Assembly: GCA_964016885.1 (NCBI GenBank)
Contig: OZ024740.1
Coordinates: 123,876,001-123,940,000 of the forward strand
Direction: 5' to 3'
Length of the DNA stretch: 64,000 bases
Source of the DNA: Eledone cirrhosa
Taxonomy: Eukaryota
This document shows positions 37,980 to 50,805 of this stretch, piece after piece; position 1 is the stretch's first letter, and each line of letters starts with the position of its first letter. The notes beneath the pieces were generated by a model. It worked only from the letters and a program-made list of their open reading frames with translations, had not been told where the DNA came from and made no database searches. A program made the position numbers and the translations under genes.

Positions 37980-38050
37980 TATTTTATTATGCGCATTTCA
38001 AACACAAATTTCATCATGGGATGATATTTCCCTTCTCATCAGATAAAATA
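37980..38050 (-). ncRNA. Type-I hammerhead ribozyme, canonical core
   Basis: Reverse complement TATTTTAT-CTGATGA-gaagg..ATCATcccATGAT..gttt-GAAA-TGCGCA-TA-ATAAAATA; 8-bp stem I. Confidence 0.8.
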
Positions 38051-39879
38051 GGGAGACATGATATGAAGCTTAAAAAACACTTGCGGGCTGTGAAGTGTTG
38101 AATCAACATATGAAAAATAAAGTAAAATGGATATATGAGATTTGGGAAAAAAGGAGGAGGGTGGGGAGGAGTAAGGAAGAGGAAGAAAGAAAATAAAGGA
38201 GGACGGGGAGGAGTATAAGAAGGAAGGATGAGAGAGAGATAGCCTTTAAAACTGAGAAAACACTGTCTCACAGAGAGAAATTAAAAAAGCCGTTAAAAGA
38301 TAATAGATAATTTAAAAAGGTTTTGAAATTAAAAGTTAATGAGGTTTATGAATCGTGATGTTTATGATTAAAGAAAAAGGATTAAGAATAGTATTTATAT
38401 ATTGAAGGGTTTAATAATATGTGCGAAAAAAAGAATTTATTATTATGTATTATTAAAATTAAAATATTAAGGAATTAATATAAATGAAGGATAGATTAAA
38501 TGAATTATGAACTTAGAGTAATTAGTTAGGGTTTAAGTTTGTTTTTATGTATTGTAATATGTAAAAGTAAATAATAGCTTTAATACGAGCACGGAAGGAG
38601 AGAATAAAGTAGAAAAATTTAAGGAAGAAAAAATATAACGTCAAAAAAATAGATGTTTACAAAATTTACTAATGGTAATATTAGTATATATTAAAAATAT
38701 AGTTTGTATGGCCAATAATATAAGGAAAAAGGAAAATGCTATAGTGAGTAATAATGTGAATTAAGAAGTAATTGAGAAGTAAAAGTTACAGATTAAAGAT
38801 TAGAAATTAAAAAAGAAAAAAAGGAAGAAAGGAAAAGGATAAAAAGAAGAAAGATAGGGGACCGCTAACGACATAGAATGAGTAAATTGTATAATATAAT
38901 ATACTGAACTAAGGTAGAAAGATGGGTATATTTTTAAAAGATATAAAAGCTTTTGAGAAAAGGAAGATTTTAAACTAATTAGGTATTGAGATATTAGCTG
39001 TGTACTTTATGGAAAGTTCTATGGGATGTATCCAAACAGAGCGAAAATAAATCCGTACGTCTATTTATTATAGAATTAAAATTAGAGATAATGGTAAATT
39101 TCTCGGCTAGGCAGAGATTACATGTTCTGGATAGGGAAGAATTCCGGTAAGGAAAGGCGTTGCAAACCTTCCTCCAAGAGATGTTGTAGTTAATATGTTT
39201 GTCTTTTGAGGACCATATGAGTTCCGAGAGTGCCGTGTTAGTTCTTTTAAGTTGGTATTTAAAAGACGAATTGTGATTATAAAATCTTGCTTTAAAGGAA
39301 GTGGAAGTGGAACCAAAATAGGTAAAATAATTATTACCAGTTATAACCTTACATTCATACACTAAATTTTTGTCAAGACATTGGTTATTAAGAGGACATT
39401 TAGTTCTAACAGGGCAATTACAATTACGATTAAAGAAATTACCAGAGTTATTAACAAGTAACCTAGTATTATTTGTAGAAGGAATTGGATTGTAGAAGTT
39501 ATTTACGATAGGAACTATAGTTTCTGATTTAGATTGGTGTTACGAACATTCGACAAAGTTACGTTTGACGTCGTATTTAAATTTACTGAATCTAACCTAG
39601 AGTTAACATTGACGTCGGGTTTACTATTGCTATTATTATGACGCTCAGTGTTGGATGGATATAATTTATTATTTAATATTATATTATTATGTTTAGAGAT
39701 AATGTTAGAGATGTTGGAAGTGGTGGAATAAGAGAATTTGATTGTATGTTTGTTAAATATCTTACTATAGATGTGCGAGGGAGGAAAGCATATATCTAAG
39801 GCCCTAAAAAATAGTTAACGAATATTATTAGTAATAGATAGAGAATTATTACTTCTTAATTCATATTATTACTCACTAT

Positions 39880-40064
39880 GGGCGGTGGATTGGCAGTATC
39901 GGTAGAGGGTCGGACGCCATGCTTTCCAGCATAGTTACGTCGCTTTACGGTCTGAGTTCAAATCCCGCCGAGATTGATTTTGCCTTTCATCCTTACGGCG
40001 TCGACAAAATAAATTACCAGTAATGCACTGGTGAATTGCTGGCCTTGTGCCTAAAGTAGAAACA
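39880..40064 (+). mobile_element. Full-length tRNA-derived SINE with 15-bp TSD
   Basis: A-box TGGCAGTATCGG, B-box GAGTTCAAATCC; ATTATTACTCACTAT at 39865-39879 and 40065-40079. Confidence 0.93.
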
Positions 40065-40458
40065 ATTATTACTCACTATAGCATTTTCCTTTTTCCTTAT
40101 ATTCTTGGCCATACAAACTATATTTTTAATATATAGTAATATTACCATTAGTAAATTTTGTAAACATATATCTTTTTTGACGTTATATTTTTTCTTCCTT
40201 AAATTTTCTTTTTTCTTCTCTCCTTCCGTGCTCGTATTAAAGCTATTATTTACTTTTACATATTACAATACATAAAAACAAACTTAAACCCTAACTAATT
40301 ACTCTAAGTTCATAATTCATTTAATCTATCCTTCATTCACATTATATCCTTAATATTTTAATTTTAATAATACATATTAATAAATTCTTTTTTTCGCACA
40401 TATTATTAAACCCTTCAATATATAAACCTTAAATAAATACTATTCTTAATTCCTTTTT

Positions 40459-42210
40459 CATCATCGTTTAACGTCCATCTTCCCCGCTTGCATGGGTTTG
40501 GACGGGAATTTTCCCACTTGAGGCAAGATGGGTTGTCTTGCTCGTATAGGACTGTCTGGCGGGTTTTCTACGGCTGGATGCCCTTCCTAACACCAACCAC
40601 GTTTAAAGTTTTGACTGGGAGGTTTTTACCCTGTTACCTACACGGCGACATTACAGCGTGGTCTGTGTGTTTTTTTGTCGTGACACCTACACGAGCTCAT
40701 TTATTTCGGACTGGATGTTGTGGTACCAACATAACTTTACATCGAAAGGGGTGGTGTTGATGGGGTGGGGTGGGGGTATATTTTTGTTAGAGGTGCCTAC
40801 TGACTAAGTTTCGCTTTGTACTTAGGCAAGGCGGGTCTTCTGTATTACTGTGTAGCGCCCAAGAACTCGGTCCAGTGACATTGTCTTGGAGAGGTGTGAG
40901 GTCGGAATTTATCAAGTCGTCCCAGGTTTTTCTGGGTCTGTCTACTCCGTGGCTACCGTCTATTTTGATCGCCCTGCACATTTGTATACAGCTGTCGTCT
41001 TTCATGCGCATCACGTGACCATACCAACGTAGTCTTCTCTCGAGTAAACAACATGTGATTCCTCTTATTCCTAATTTCTCCCTTAGTTCATTTGTGCTTT
41101 GCCGTTCACGTATATTACTATTACACATCCAAACTTCGTTCCTCTCCAGTCTGCGTATATCCTCTGCACACAATTCCCAAGTCTCACTGCCATGTAACAT
41201 TGCTGTTCGTATGCAGGCATCATACAGCCTGCCTTTCATTTTTAGAGAGAACCCTTTAGCGGCCAATAGTGGAACTTTTTCCATCCCGTTCTGACTCTAG
41301 CTACTGTACTTTCACAGCACCCTCCACCACTGCTGATTTTGTCACCCAGGTAACGGAAGGTGTTCACTATTTCTATAGAACCATCTGTGCAATGGAATGT
41401 GCTAGTATTTTGTGGGCACTTGCTGCTACTTATTGTATCCTGAGCACCGGCCACATATAAAATCTATATTCTTAGTTAGCTTACCTGTGATCCCACTACA
41501 TCTTTTTTGCACCCATACTTTGCATTTGGGACATAAAATGGAGTTTCTGATTACACCTTTCCTACACACTGAGCATGGCCATATCCCAGATGGGACCAGT
41601 TCCCTATTTTCCTTCCTACAAACTAGAACTTTAGTCTTAGACAGGTTAATTTTAAAGCCTTTTGATTCTAGGCCATGCTTCCATGTTTGGAATTTCTTCT
41701 CCAGTTCAGCCATTGATTCCGCTATGAGCATTAGATCATCTGCGTATAGGAGTTCCCATGGGCAGCCGGTCTTGAACTCCTCTGTTATAGCCTGAAGGGC
41801 AATAATAAATAGTAGGGGGCTAAGGACTGAGCCCTGATGAACACCAACCTTTACGCTAAACTCTTCACTATATTCGTTGTTAATTCTAACCTTGCTGACT
41901 GTTTCTTTATACATGGCTTCTATAGCTCTCACCAGCCATTCATCAACACCTAGTTTTCTAACAGCCCACCAGATAATGGAGCGGGGTACTCACTGTAGAG
42001 CCTCTGTTGTACTTTTACCTGACACAAACCCGTACTGTATTCATCTAGATAAATTCGCTCTCTGATTAGTTGCGCTAATACTTTTTCAGTGACCTTCATG
42101 ACCTGGTCAATTAATTTAATGCTTCTATAGTTTCCCCTATCTAGGGCATCTCCTTTACCATGGTAGCAGTTAATGATGATCCTGCTACCCCAGTCCTTCT
42201 GAACGCCCCC
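40459..42210 (-). mobile_element. RTE LINE, 5'-truncated (long-3'UTR family)
   Basis: NYRSIKL, GVHQGSVLSPLLF, LYADDL, FRYLGD, ERRLRWYGHV; 5' end abuts (TA)n. Confidence 0.93.
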
Positions 42211-42614
42211 ATATATATATATATATATATATGCACAAACATACATGGATATACACATAGGCACACGTATATAAGTATGTTAGTCCTCATACACATACAT
42301 ATGACGTTCATATACATAAAATAAGCCCCCTCCCCACAAATAAAAGTCCAAGGCTGGGATATGGAAATGATTACATGTATACATCAGACTAGACAGGTGA
42401 AAAAAAAAAAAATAGAACATAAATATACACATAATACACAAACACACAAAATCAGGATGTGGCCAGACAGGTATAAGTTTAAAAGCAAAATATAAAAAAT
42501 AAAAAGCAAAAAGAAATAATGTTTTTCTTTTTTTAAATAAACATATTAATATAAATACACACAAAAAATACATAGAAACACATATATTGTACACGCACAA
42601 TATATATACTGGGT

Positions 42615-42935
42615 GATGTGTTGTTTCCTTGAGCAAGACACTTTATTTCACATTACTCCAGTTTATTCAGCTGTAGAAATGAGATGATAGGACTGGGGTC
42701 CCTATCATTCCACTGCAAAGGTGATTGTGGAGGTGCCACGGCAAAAAAGCACCCAGCCCACACTGTAAAGTGGACATGTAGGCGCCATGGAAAAAACGTA
42801 CCCAGCACTCAAGGTAATTGAGGTTGGTGTTAGGAAGGGCATCCAGCTGTAGAAATCAAGCCAGAATCAGTTCCCGTCCCACCCTTGCAAGCAGGGAAAA
42901 GCAGACGTAAAATGGTGATGATGATGATAATGATA
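42615..42935 (+). mobile_element. 5'-truncated SINE: GAGCAAGACACTT core fused to an RTE-type 3'UTR and (GAT)n
   Basis: Core followed by CCCAGCCCACACTGTAAAGTGG units and TTAGGAAGGGCATCC; second copy at 46207-46468. Confidence 0.8.
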
Positions 42936-42939
42936 TATA

Positions 42940-44596
42940 TCATCATCATCATCATCATCATTTAACATCCGCTTTTCCTTGCTTGCAAGGGTTGGATGGG
43001 TCCCATTCAGCACAACATCTCTCCACCCATCACGGTCCTTCGTCATCTCCTCCATGAGTTACAGCAATCTGAGGTCTGCTCTCACCATCTCTGCCCATGT
43101 TTTTCGTGGTCTACCTCTACTGCGTCTTCCCTCCACTGAGACTTCCTGGCACTTCTTCCCCCATCGGTCACCCTCCATGTGCATCACATGTCCATACCAT
43201 CTCAGCCTTCTCTCCTGCACACCACAACTTATCCCTCTTAAACCCAGTTCCTTTCTCAACTCATCTATGCTTGGTCGCTCACGCACAGTGACATTGCACA
43301 TCCAACGGGGCATACTTGCTTCATTTCTCTCCAGCCGTCACATAACTTCTGCAGACCTAGATACTATGGTCTCAGAACACCTGCCTCCCATGCTAATCTG
43401 ATCACCTAGGTATCAACCATTTCTATAGAACCCACCTGCATTGGAAAAAGGAGTCTATCACATCGATTACTACTGCCAACTTTCACCGTACATCTACTGC
43501 ATAAGTTGTTTTCCCTACCTGTTAGTTTGCCTACTATCCCACTCCATCTCTTGTGTGCCCAAGATCTGCATTGCGTATTTTTTGGAATTTATCTCAGTTC
43601 CTTTCGTACATATCGAACATGGCCATTCCCTTATGGAATCAGAGGATTGTCCTCTCTTCTACTTATCAACGCCTTTGTTTTAGCTATGTTCACTCTCAGG
43701 CGTTTTGATTCCAACTGCTGTTTCCATAGCCAGAAGTTATTCTCTAGCTCCTTTACTGATTCTGCTATAAGAATCAGATCATCAGCATACAAAAGTTCCC
43801 ATGGGCATCCAGTCTTAAACTCCTCCGTTAAGGCTTGGAGGACTATAATGAACAGAGTGGGCTGAGGACAGAACCTTGATGTAAACCTACTTGTATCTGG
43901 AATTCCTCACTAAACACCATTCCTATTCTCACTTTACTGACACCACCCAGTACATAGCTTGCATTGTCCTCACAAGCCATTCCTCTACCCCTAGTTTCCT
44001 TAGGGACTACCAGATGACAGATCGGCGTACCCTATCAAAGGCCTTCTCCAGGTCAACAAAAGCTAAGTATAGTGGCTTATTCTTCTCTAAGAACTTTTCC
44101 GAGGCACAAAACCAAACTGCATCTCATCTAAATTGACCCTTTCTCTAATCAGTTGCGCTAATATTGTCTCTGCCACTTTCATAACCTGATCCATCAGCTT
44201 TATGCCCCTATAATCGCTCCTCTCTAGAGCATCTCCTTTACCTTTGTAACAATTTATGAAAATACTGCTGCACCAGTCTTTGGGTATGACACCACCATAT
44301 ATAGCTTGATTAATGATGCATGCAACTAGTTTAGTGCCTACTTCTTAAGCCTTCAGCATCTCAGCAACTATCCCCGATGGCCCAGCAGCCTTACCATTCT
44401 TCATTTCCTTAATTGCCTCTTGTACCCTATATTCGTCAATCTCAATAGCTGGTCCCTCTGCTGGGTCTACTGGGGGTAATTCCTCTCTGTCCCATTCGTT
44501 CTCTACATTCATCAGTCTCTCATAATGACATTTATAGGCGTCCTTCTTTTGATCATTTGTGACACTAAGTACACCGGCATCATTCCGGACAGATTT
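42940..44596 (-). mobile_element. RTE LINE, 5'-truncated (short-3'UTR family)
   Basis: Similar to 3842-4733; RT motifs visible in reverse; TA runs at both ends. Confidence 0.9.
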
Positions 44597-44609
44597 ATAT
44601 ATATATATT

Positions 44610-45225
44610 CAGTCTCCAACAGTAGTAGCTTCCTGAAATTTCTCTAACCCGATCTCTCTCTGGTTACTGTGCTTTCAGAACTCTCTCCCCCACTACTGAT
44701 TTGGTCACCCAGGTAAAAGAAACTATCTACCACTTCTATCGAGCCCTCCGAGCATTTGAAGGTGACTGTATCATGAGGCTTCTTGCTACTTACTGCCCCT
44801 GTGCACCAGCCTCTATTAAAACCTACATTCTTAGTTAGCCTGCCTGAGATCCCAGTACATCACTTGTGTACCCATTGCTTCCATTTGAGACATAGAATGC
44901 AATTTCTACCTACTCCCTTTCTGCACACTGAGCAGGGCCATTTCCTGGAGGAGATCTACATACTAGGACTTTAATCTTTGCCAGGTTGACTTTAAGACAT
45001 TTAGATTCTATGCCATGCTTCTAGATTTGGAATTTCATCTCTAATTCAGCTTTAGATTCGGCTATAAGGGTTAGGTCATCAGCATATAGAAGTTCCCATG
45101 GGCAGCTGGTCTTACACTCCTCTGTTATTGTCTGCAGAATGCTAATAAACAGGAGAGGGCTAAGAACAGAGCCCTGATGGACACCAGCCTGCACGCTAAA
45201 TTCTTTGCTATAGTCATTGTTATAC
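44610..45225 (-). mobile_element. RTE internal RT fragment
   Basis: GVHQGSVLSPLLF...LYADDL in ORF 45021-45227. Confidence 0.88.
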
Positions 45226-45337
45226 AAATATATGATCTGACTAATCAGCCAGTCTGCAAATCAGGCCTGCCAGTCACTGTATATTCCAGAAAATATACAT
45301 TTTCACTTGCTCTGACAGTTGGCAGGTAAGCAGTAAA

Positions 45338-45377
45338 CTGTACTGATGAAGGGTAATCACCCAGAAACATTAGTGTC
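45338..45377 (+). ncRNA. Degenerate minimal hammerhead-like motif
   Basis: gta-CTGATGA-a-GGGT aatc ACCC-a-GAAA-catt-agtgtc; stems I and III poor. Confidence 0.45.
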
Positions 45378-45497
45378 TGCCGTTCTGTTTATATGCTAAC
45401 ACAAGAGCAAGAATGATGGGGTCATTCTACTTACATGGATTAAAGAGGCTGTTTGCATGATTGCAAACTAATCAAATATTATTATTAAGATTGGCAA

Positions 45498-45685
45498 GGC
45501 AGTGGATTGACAGTATTTGTAGAGGGTCGGACGCCATGATTTCCAGCACAGTTACGTCCCTTTACGATCTGAGTTCAAATTCCACCGAAGTTAACTATGC
45601 CTTTCATCTTTACAGGGTCGATACAATAAAGTACTAGTAATGTATTGGTTAATTGCTGGCCTTGTGCCAAAAGTAGAAACAATTA
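45498..45685 (+). mobile_element. tRNA-derived SINE
   Basis: Same family as 39880. Confidence 0.85.
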
Positions 45686-45822
45686 TTAATATTTGAAAAG
45701 CTCAGATTTACATTTCTTGTATCCAGCCAAGTAGAGCAATAACACTATTTGTTTGTTATTTCACTATAATTAAGCCGCCCAATAATCGCTCATATACATG
45801 AAACTGACTGGCCTATCTGCTG

Positions 45823-46195
45823 ATCATCATCACCATCATCATCATCATCATCATCACCGTTTTACGTCCGTTCTTCCACGCTAGCATGGGTTAGACAGGT
45901 TGTCCTGTTGTGGGCAGTGTCTGGTCGGCTGACCATGCCTTGCTCATACAGGAACTGATTTGGCTTGATTTCTACAGCTGGATGCCCTTCCTAACACCAA
46001 CCTCATTTACAGTGAGTGCTGGGTGCTTTTTCGTGGCGCCTACACGTCCACTTTACAGTGTGGGCTGGGTGCTTTTTTGCCGTGGCCCCTCCACGACCAC
46101 CTTGCGGTGGGGGGTGTGGGGGCATATTGTCTATATGCTTCAGCTTGTACCCATGGGAGGTCGGGTCTTCTGTATTACTGCGTGACGCCAGATGC
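45823..46195 (-). mobile_element. RTE 3'UTR-only copy
   Basis: Closely matches 21347-21690. Confidence 0.85.
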
Positions 46196-46206
46196 AAATA
46201 TATATA

Positions 46207-46468
46207 TGTGTTGTTTCCTTGAGCAAGACACTTTATTTCACATTGCTCCAGTTTACTCAGCCGTAGAAATGAGATGATAGGGACTGGGGTCCATATCATT
46301 CCACTGCAAAGTGGTAGTGGGGGTGCCACAGCAAAAAAAAACACCCAGCACTCGCTGTAAATGAGGTTGGTGTTAGGAAGGGCATCCAGCTGTAGAAATC
46401 AAGCCAGAATCAGTTCCCGTCCCACCCTTGCAAAGCGGACATAAAATGATGATGATGATGATGATGAT
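46207..46468 (+). mobile_element. SINE with RTE-type 3' end
   Basis: Closely matches 42615-42935 with one repeat unit fewer. Confidence 0.8.
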
Positions 46469-46506
46469 ATATATGAGAAAAACCACAAACCCTCCATCTC
46501 AATTCT

Positions 46507-46544
46507 ACTTTTGAAAAACAGAAGAACTGCGAAACCGGTAAAGG
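46507..46544 (+). ncRNA. Second copy of the TTGAAAA hammerhead, in solo cassette 46473-46652
   Basis: ACTT-TTGAAAA-aCAG aagaa CTGC-GAAA-CCGG-TA-AAGG. Confidence 0.7.
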
Positions 46545-46859
46545 AACCAAATTAATATATATTTAAAAAAAAAAAAGACTCCAGAGGCATTTTCGATATC
46601 TGTTTTTTTCGTTATACTTTCACTCATGTAAAAAAAACTCACTTTCTAATATATAGCAGCTGTTTTCAGGTTATGTAACTGTTATAGAAACACGTGACAA
46701 TAAATTCCTTTCAACTAAACTGTATCCATTCAAATCTTTCTATTTTTCTCCGGATTACTTTTGGAACTACAACTGGAACCATCGAGCAAACTCTACGTGA
46801 GCTGATAATCTACTGTGTGTAATATTTATATTACAACACAACGGAAAATACTGTATATA

Positions 46860-46959
<100 letters not shown>

Positions 46960-47675
46960 CAGCTGTATAAAAATGTGTAATCAAAATCGATGGTAAATAT
47001 GAAAGTGGAGGACTGAGGAAAATTTGGGATGAAATAGTAGGAGCTGATCTTATCCATTTAAACCTCACAAAGGATAAGAAACAGAGTTTGGCATCATACT
47101 GTATTACAGATGACCCACCCTCCCATGTGCACAAAATGAAATGAAACAATCAGGTATAGGACACACTAGTCTGCACAAATTGTCTCTCCATTCCTCCCCA
47201 CTTCATCAACTCTTCCCTATCTTAATACCCTGCTAAATATCTCACACACTTAATCGATGTTGAACTTACTTAACTGCCCCCCCCCGCCCTCCCCCTTCAG
47301 CCCTGATACAACTTGCCTGCCCAATCCACGAAAGTAGAACACACTTGACAACTGTTTTCCCTATGCCATTGCCATCATAAATAGAACAAAGTCCTCCCAG
47401 TATGCTAATCCAGTGCCACAACAAAAGCAGTTGGTTCCTACTGTAAACTCGTCATTTTGGTAATAAGTGAAAATGTACCCAGTCTACACTGCAATGTAGT
47501 CATGCAGGTGACACAACAAAAAGCAATTCGTCCACACTGTAGGGTGGTTGTGTTGGTGAAACAACAAAAAGCACCCATTTCACTGTGTCAGATGGTAGTT
47601 TCAGTGCTATGATAAAAAGCACTCAGTCCACACTGTAACATGGTTGGTGTTAGGAAGGGCATCCAGCTGTAGTGG
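46960..47675 (+). mobile_element. Old RTE 3' end (ORF tail and degenerate UTR repeats)
   Basis: DSCIK..IKIDG...[17 protein letters not shown]; repeated CACACTGTA..TGG units; TTAGGAAGGGCATCC. Confidence 0.65.
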
Positions 47676-47914
47676 TAGTAACAATTTTTATATAAAATTA
47701 CAAAAAATATAAATAGAAACATTTTATTTGGTTAATGTACAGAAAAAGAAATAAAAGAACTATAAATGCCATAACTGAGAAGAAAAGGAGGGGAAAAGAA
47801 GGGCTACTAGACAAAGGAAGAAAGGAGGATGAGAAAATGGTGACAGACTTTACACCTAGGTCAGAGTCATCCAGACTATCGTCTAAAACTTTTAGTATTG
47901 TAGATATTTCTATC

Positions 47915-48180
47915 GTTATCGTCATTGTTTTTACAACTGCTTTTCTATGCTTGCATCGGTTAGACAGCATAGCATCTCTCAACTCACCACACTCCTTTGT
48001 CATTTCTTCTATGAGACTCTGTGATATTAAATCAGCTCTCACCACCTTTTCCCAGGTCTTCCTTGGTCTACCTCTATGGCAGCTTCTCTCCACTGGGATT
48101 TTCTGGCATTTCTTCACCCAATGATCATTATGCATGCACATCACTTGTCCAAACCCACGTAGTCTTATCTCTTACACAAC
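47915..48180 (-). mobile_element. RTE 3' end (short-3'UTR family)
   Basis: WVKKCQKIPVE..RGRPRKTWEKVVRADL..EEMTK. Confidence 0.8.
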
Positions 48181-48194
48181 ACCCCAGCTTGAAC

Positions 48195-48520
48195 AGTGTT
48201 TCAACTATGCCCCATGAACAAAATGGCAAAGGCATTACCATGAAGATTGGCCTGAGATACCTGCTGCAACAGCCATTCTATCTCACAGTGCTCCTTCTTC
48301 AAGTTGGTCTTTCCAATTTTACTAAGAAAATCAGCAGTGCAGTGACCAAGGACACCAGAGGTCTTGACATAAACTAGTACAAAAAAGTGGGTGACCAGGC
48401 CTTGGTATTTGTTTATCTTTCTCTCCTCTGCATTTTGAGCAGTGGATCCAGGGTTTGTGGCCAAAGTAACAAGATTTGATGTGGTGAATGAGTCACAACA
48501 TATTGCGTCAATGTGCCAAC
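48195..48520 (-). mobile_element. CRE-clade non-LTR retrotransposon restriction-like endonuclease fragment
   Basis: DAICCDSF..NPGSTAQNAEERKINKY..VKTSGVLG..WLLQQVSQANLHGNAFAIL resembles DATC.D, AE..K..KY, ET.G..G, QRGNA. Confidence 0.75.
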
Positions 48521-49536
48521 ATTAAAAATCCTCTCATTAACATAGGCCACTGCATAGCTCAGAATAGACCAAATGTAATATGTTAAGTTTATTTGAAGTA
48601 ACAGACCTAGGCCTCATTTCAACTGATAATAAATCCAGACAAGATATAGGAAATATAGGCACTATTTCATCTAGCAACAGACTCAGGCCAGATGTAAAAT
48701 CTAAGCCTCATTTCAAATTGCTATTGCTCATTAAGTGGTTTAATAATCAATGTGAAATACATGTGATTCAGGTATGTGCATACAGTGTCCATGTTGCACT
48801 TACAAAAGGGAAAACACTTACAAAAGTGTTTTCCATTTTTAGCCTTTAACTCTTTAGCATTTAAACCAGTTGTATCCGGCCCGAATTGTCTCACCTCCTT
48901 CTGTTCAAACCGGCAATAACTGGCTGCTAATACTGATGTTAAAGTATTGTCCTCAAAATAAATAACATCAACATCTTGCACATTCACCAACCATATATAT
49001 AATACTGGTATTCGATATAGTCTTTGTCATCATCTCTTAATATGGTGGTACATGATTAAAGGACATTTGGCTGAATTTTATTGCAAGGCAAGCAACTACA
49101 GAGAGGCTCTATTGTGTAAAATCAGTGTCACCATACCCCAGTATTTATAAGGCATCTTGATAGCCTACAGATCAACTTTTTAATAAAGTACCTATTTTAT
49201 TTTATTTTCCTGTAACTGCTGTAAAAGCAGAAAGTGGTACACAAATATGTTGTGATTTCTTGTTACCTTTTTTTTTTTTTATCCTATTAGTGTTTTAGAA
49301 ATGTCACAGCTGAAATTATAAAAATATGATTTGATAACAGTGAAAGCCATTTCTGATTGCTCAGTTTAAAATAAATATGAAACAGAACAAATATTTTTCT
49401 CTAATTCTTCACAAATTCTTTCACTATAATAAATATATAACCTCATTTTCGTTTTTCAATTAAACAGATTAAATTAATTATTTTCCATCTCTTTTATCTT
49501 ATAAAATCTTTTTTGCATGAAAATTTATACAATATA

Positions 49537-49703
49537 TCAAGAAACTGTTGATGAATCATTAACTCCAACAGCTTTATATACACATTTTATATCCACACTC
49601 TTAAAAGGTGCAATGTCGATAGATATAATTTCCAAATCATGGATATGAGTGTCATAAAGATTGTTGCTTTGCGAATATCTAATCTTGATTTTATTATGAA
49701 AGA
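49537..49703 (-). CDS. Candidate terminal coding exon of an unknown host gene
   Basis: Pyrimidine tract ttttgtattgttttcttacag then an open frame FHNKIKIRYSQSNNLYDTHIHDLEIISIDIAPFKSVDIKCVYKAVGVNDSSTVS*; no recognised homology. Confidence 0.25.
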
Positions 49704-50599
49704 CTGTAAGAAAACAATACAAAAGCTGTGATCAAGAAAATATTTAGTTAGCAAAGAAAAGTATAGGTAAAGGCACCAAATATTGATTAAATCTGTAGTG
49801 AATACATATCTTTGATTATCTTAGCAGTTTAATTTTACTTTTGATACCGAAATTGCAATGGTTAAAACAAATGGCAGTGAAAGTATAATGAAAAAACAAA
49901 ATATGCATAAAATACCATATCAATTTAACTCTCTGTGAACACTGATATGGCAGAGCTACGTATTATATTGTTAAGAGCTACCTGTTTTTTGTTTTTTTTA
50001 TGAAACAGTATTAGCTAGTGTGCATCTCACAAGAGATCAACTTGAAAAAGAAATAGAAACGAAAAAAGCTGAACTGCAGCCAGCTTCCAATAAAAATATC
50101 ATTGTTATATTGCTGTATGTCAGATTGATTTTACCTTATTGATCTTCTTCAATGTTTTCTAATTTCAGTCATTATCAGCATCAAAAAGTGAGACCATTTG
50201 CCAAGCAAAGCTGTGAGATATATTCGATTCTCAGATGGAATAATTTTACCTCTGACAAAAAGTCTGATGGTTACATGTTCTTTCTACTGGAACTGGAAGT
50301 TTCTTATATACACTGCTGTTTAAATATCTACAGAATGTATACATTTTCTCTAATACTCCTGCAGAATATGTAAAATACAATATAAAGCTATATATTTATA
50401 TTCTACACGCTACTTGCACTGCAGGACACACCACACACAGACAAAATGAATTAAATAAAACAAATTGGAAATGAGGAGGCAGAGAAAGCTAAAATAATCT
50501 TGTGACGGTCACAGAATGTAAGATGAAAAAAACATTGATAATGACGTAACAATCCAGTTACTAAACTAACTGAGATATGGATTAGTTATCTGACTAATA

Positions 50600-50805
50600 A
50601 CGGTTTCTGACTTAGGCACAAACCAACAAGTTTTGGGGAAAGAGAAAGTCAATTAAATCACCCCAGTGCATTACTGGTACTTTATTTTATTGACCCTATA
50701 AGGACGAAGACAAAGCTAATCTCATTGGGATTTGAACTCAGAGAGCCATAATTCTATGCTGCTAAGCATGTTGTTCGACACTCTACCGATTTTGTCAATC
50801 CACTG
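50600..50805 (-). mobile_element. tRNA-derived SINE
   Basis: Reverse complement of the 39880 family (TTTGAACTC B-box, CTGGTACTTTATTTTATTGACCC). Confidence 0.8.

Larger units (their letters stand above)
37860..40458 (-). mobile_element. PLE 3' fragment with inverted duplication of its UTR
   Basis: GIY-YIG ORF 38994-39362 (YECKV...TYFGSTSTSFKARFYNH, CNLCLAEK); 38374-38773 is inverted at 39845-40458. Confidence 0.85.

Noticed and set aside
39880-39970. tRNA gene
   Set aside because: A and B boxes are present but there is no cloverleaf, and the sequence is multi-copy with a TSD, so it is a SINE head
50250-50327. 78-nt minus-strand exon candidate (YLNSSVYKKLPVPVERTCNHQTFCQ)
   Set aside because: Splice phase is incompatible with the 49703 candidate and there is no recognisable homology
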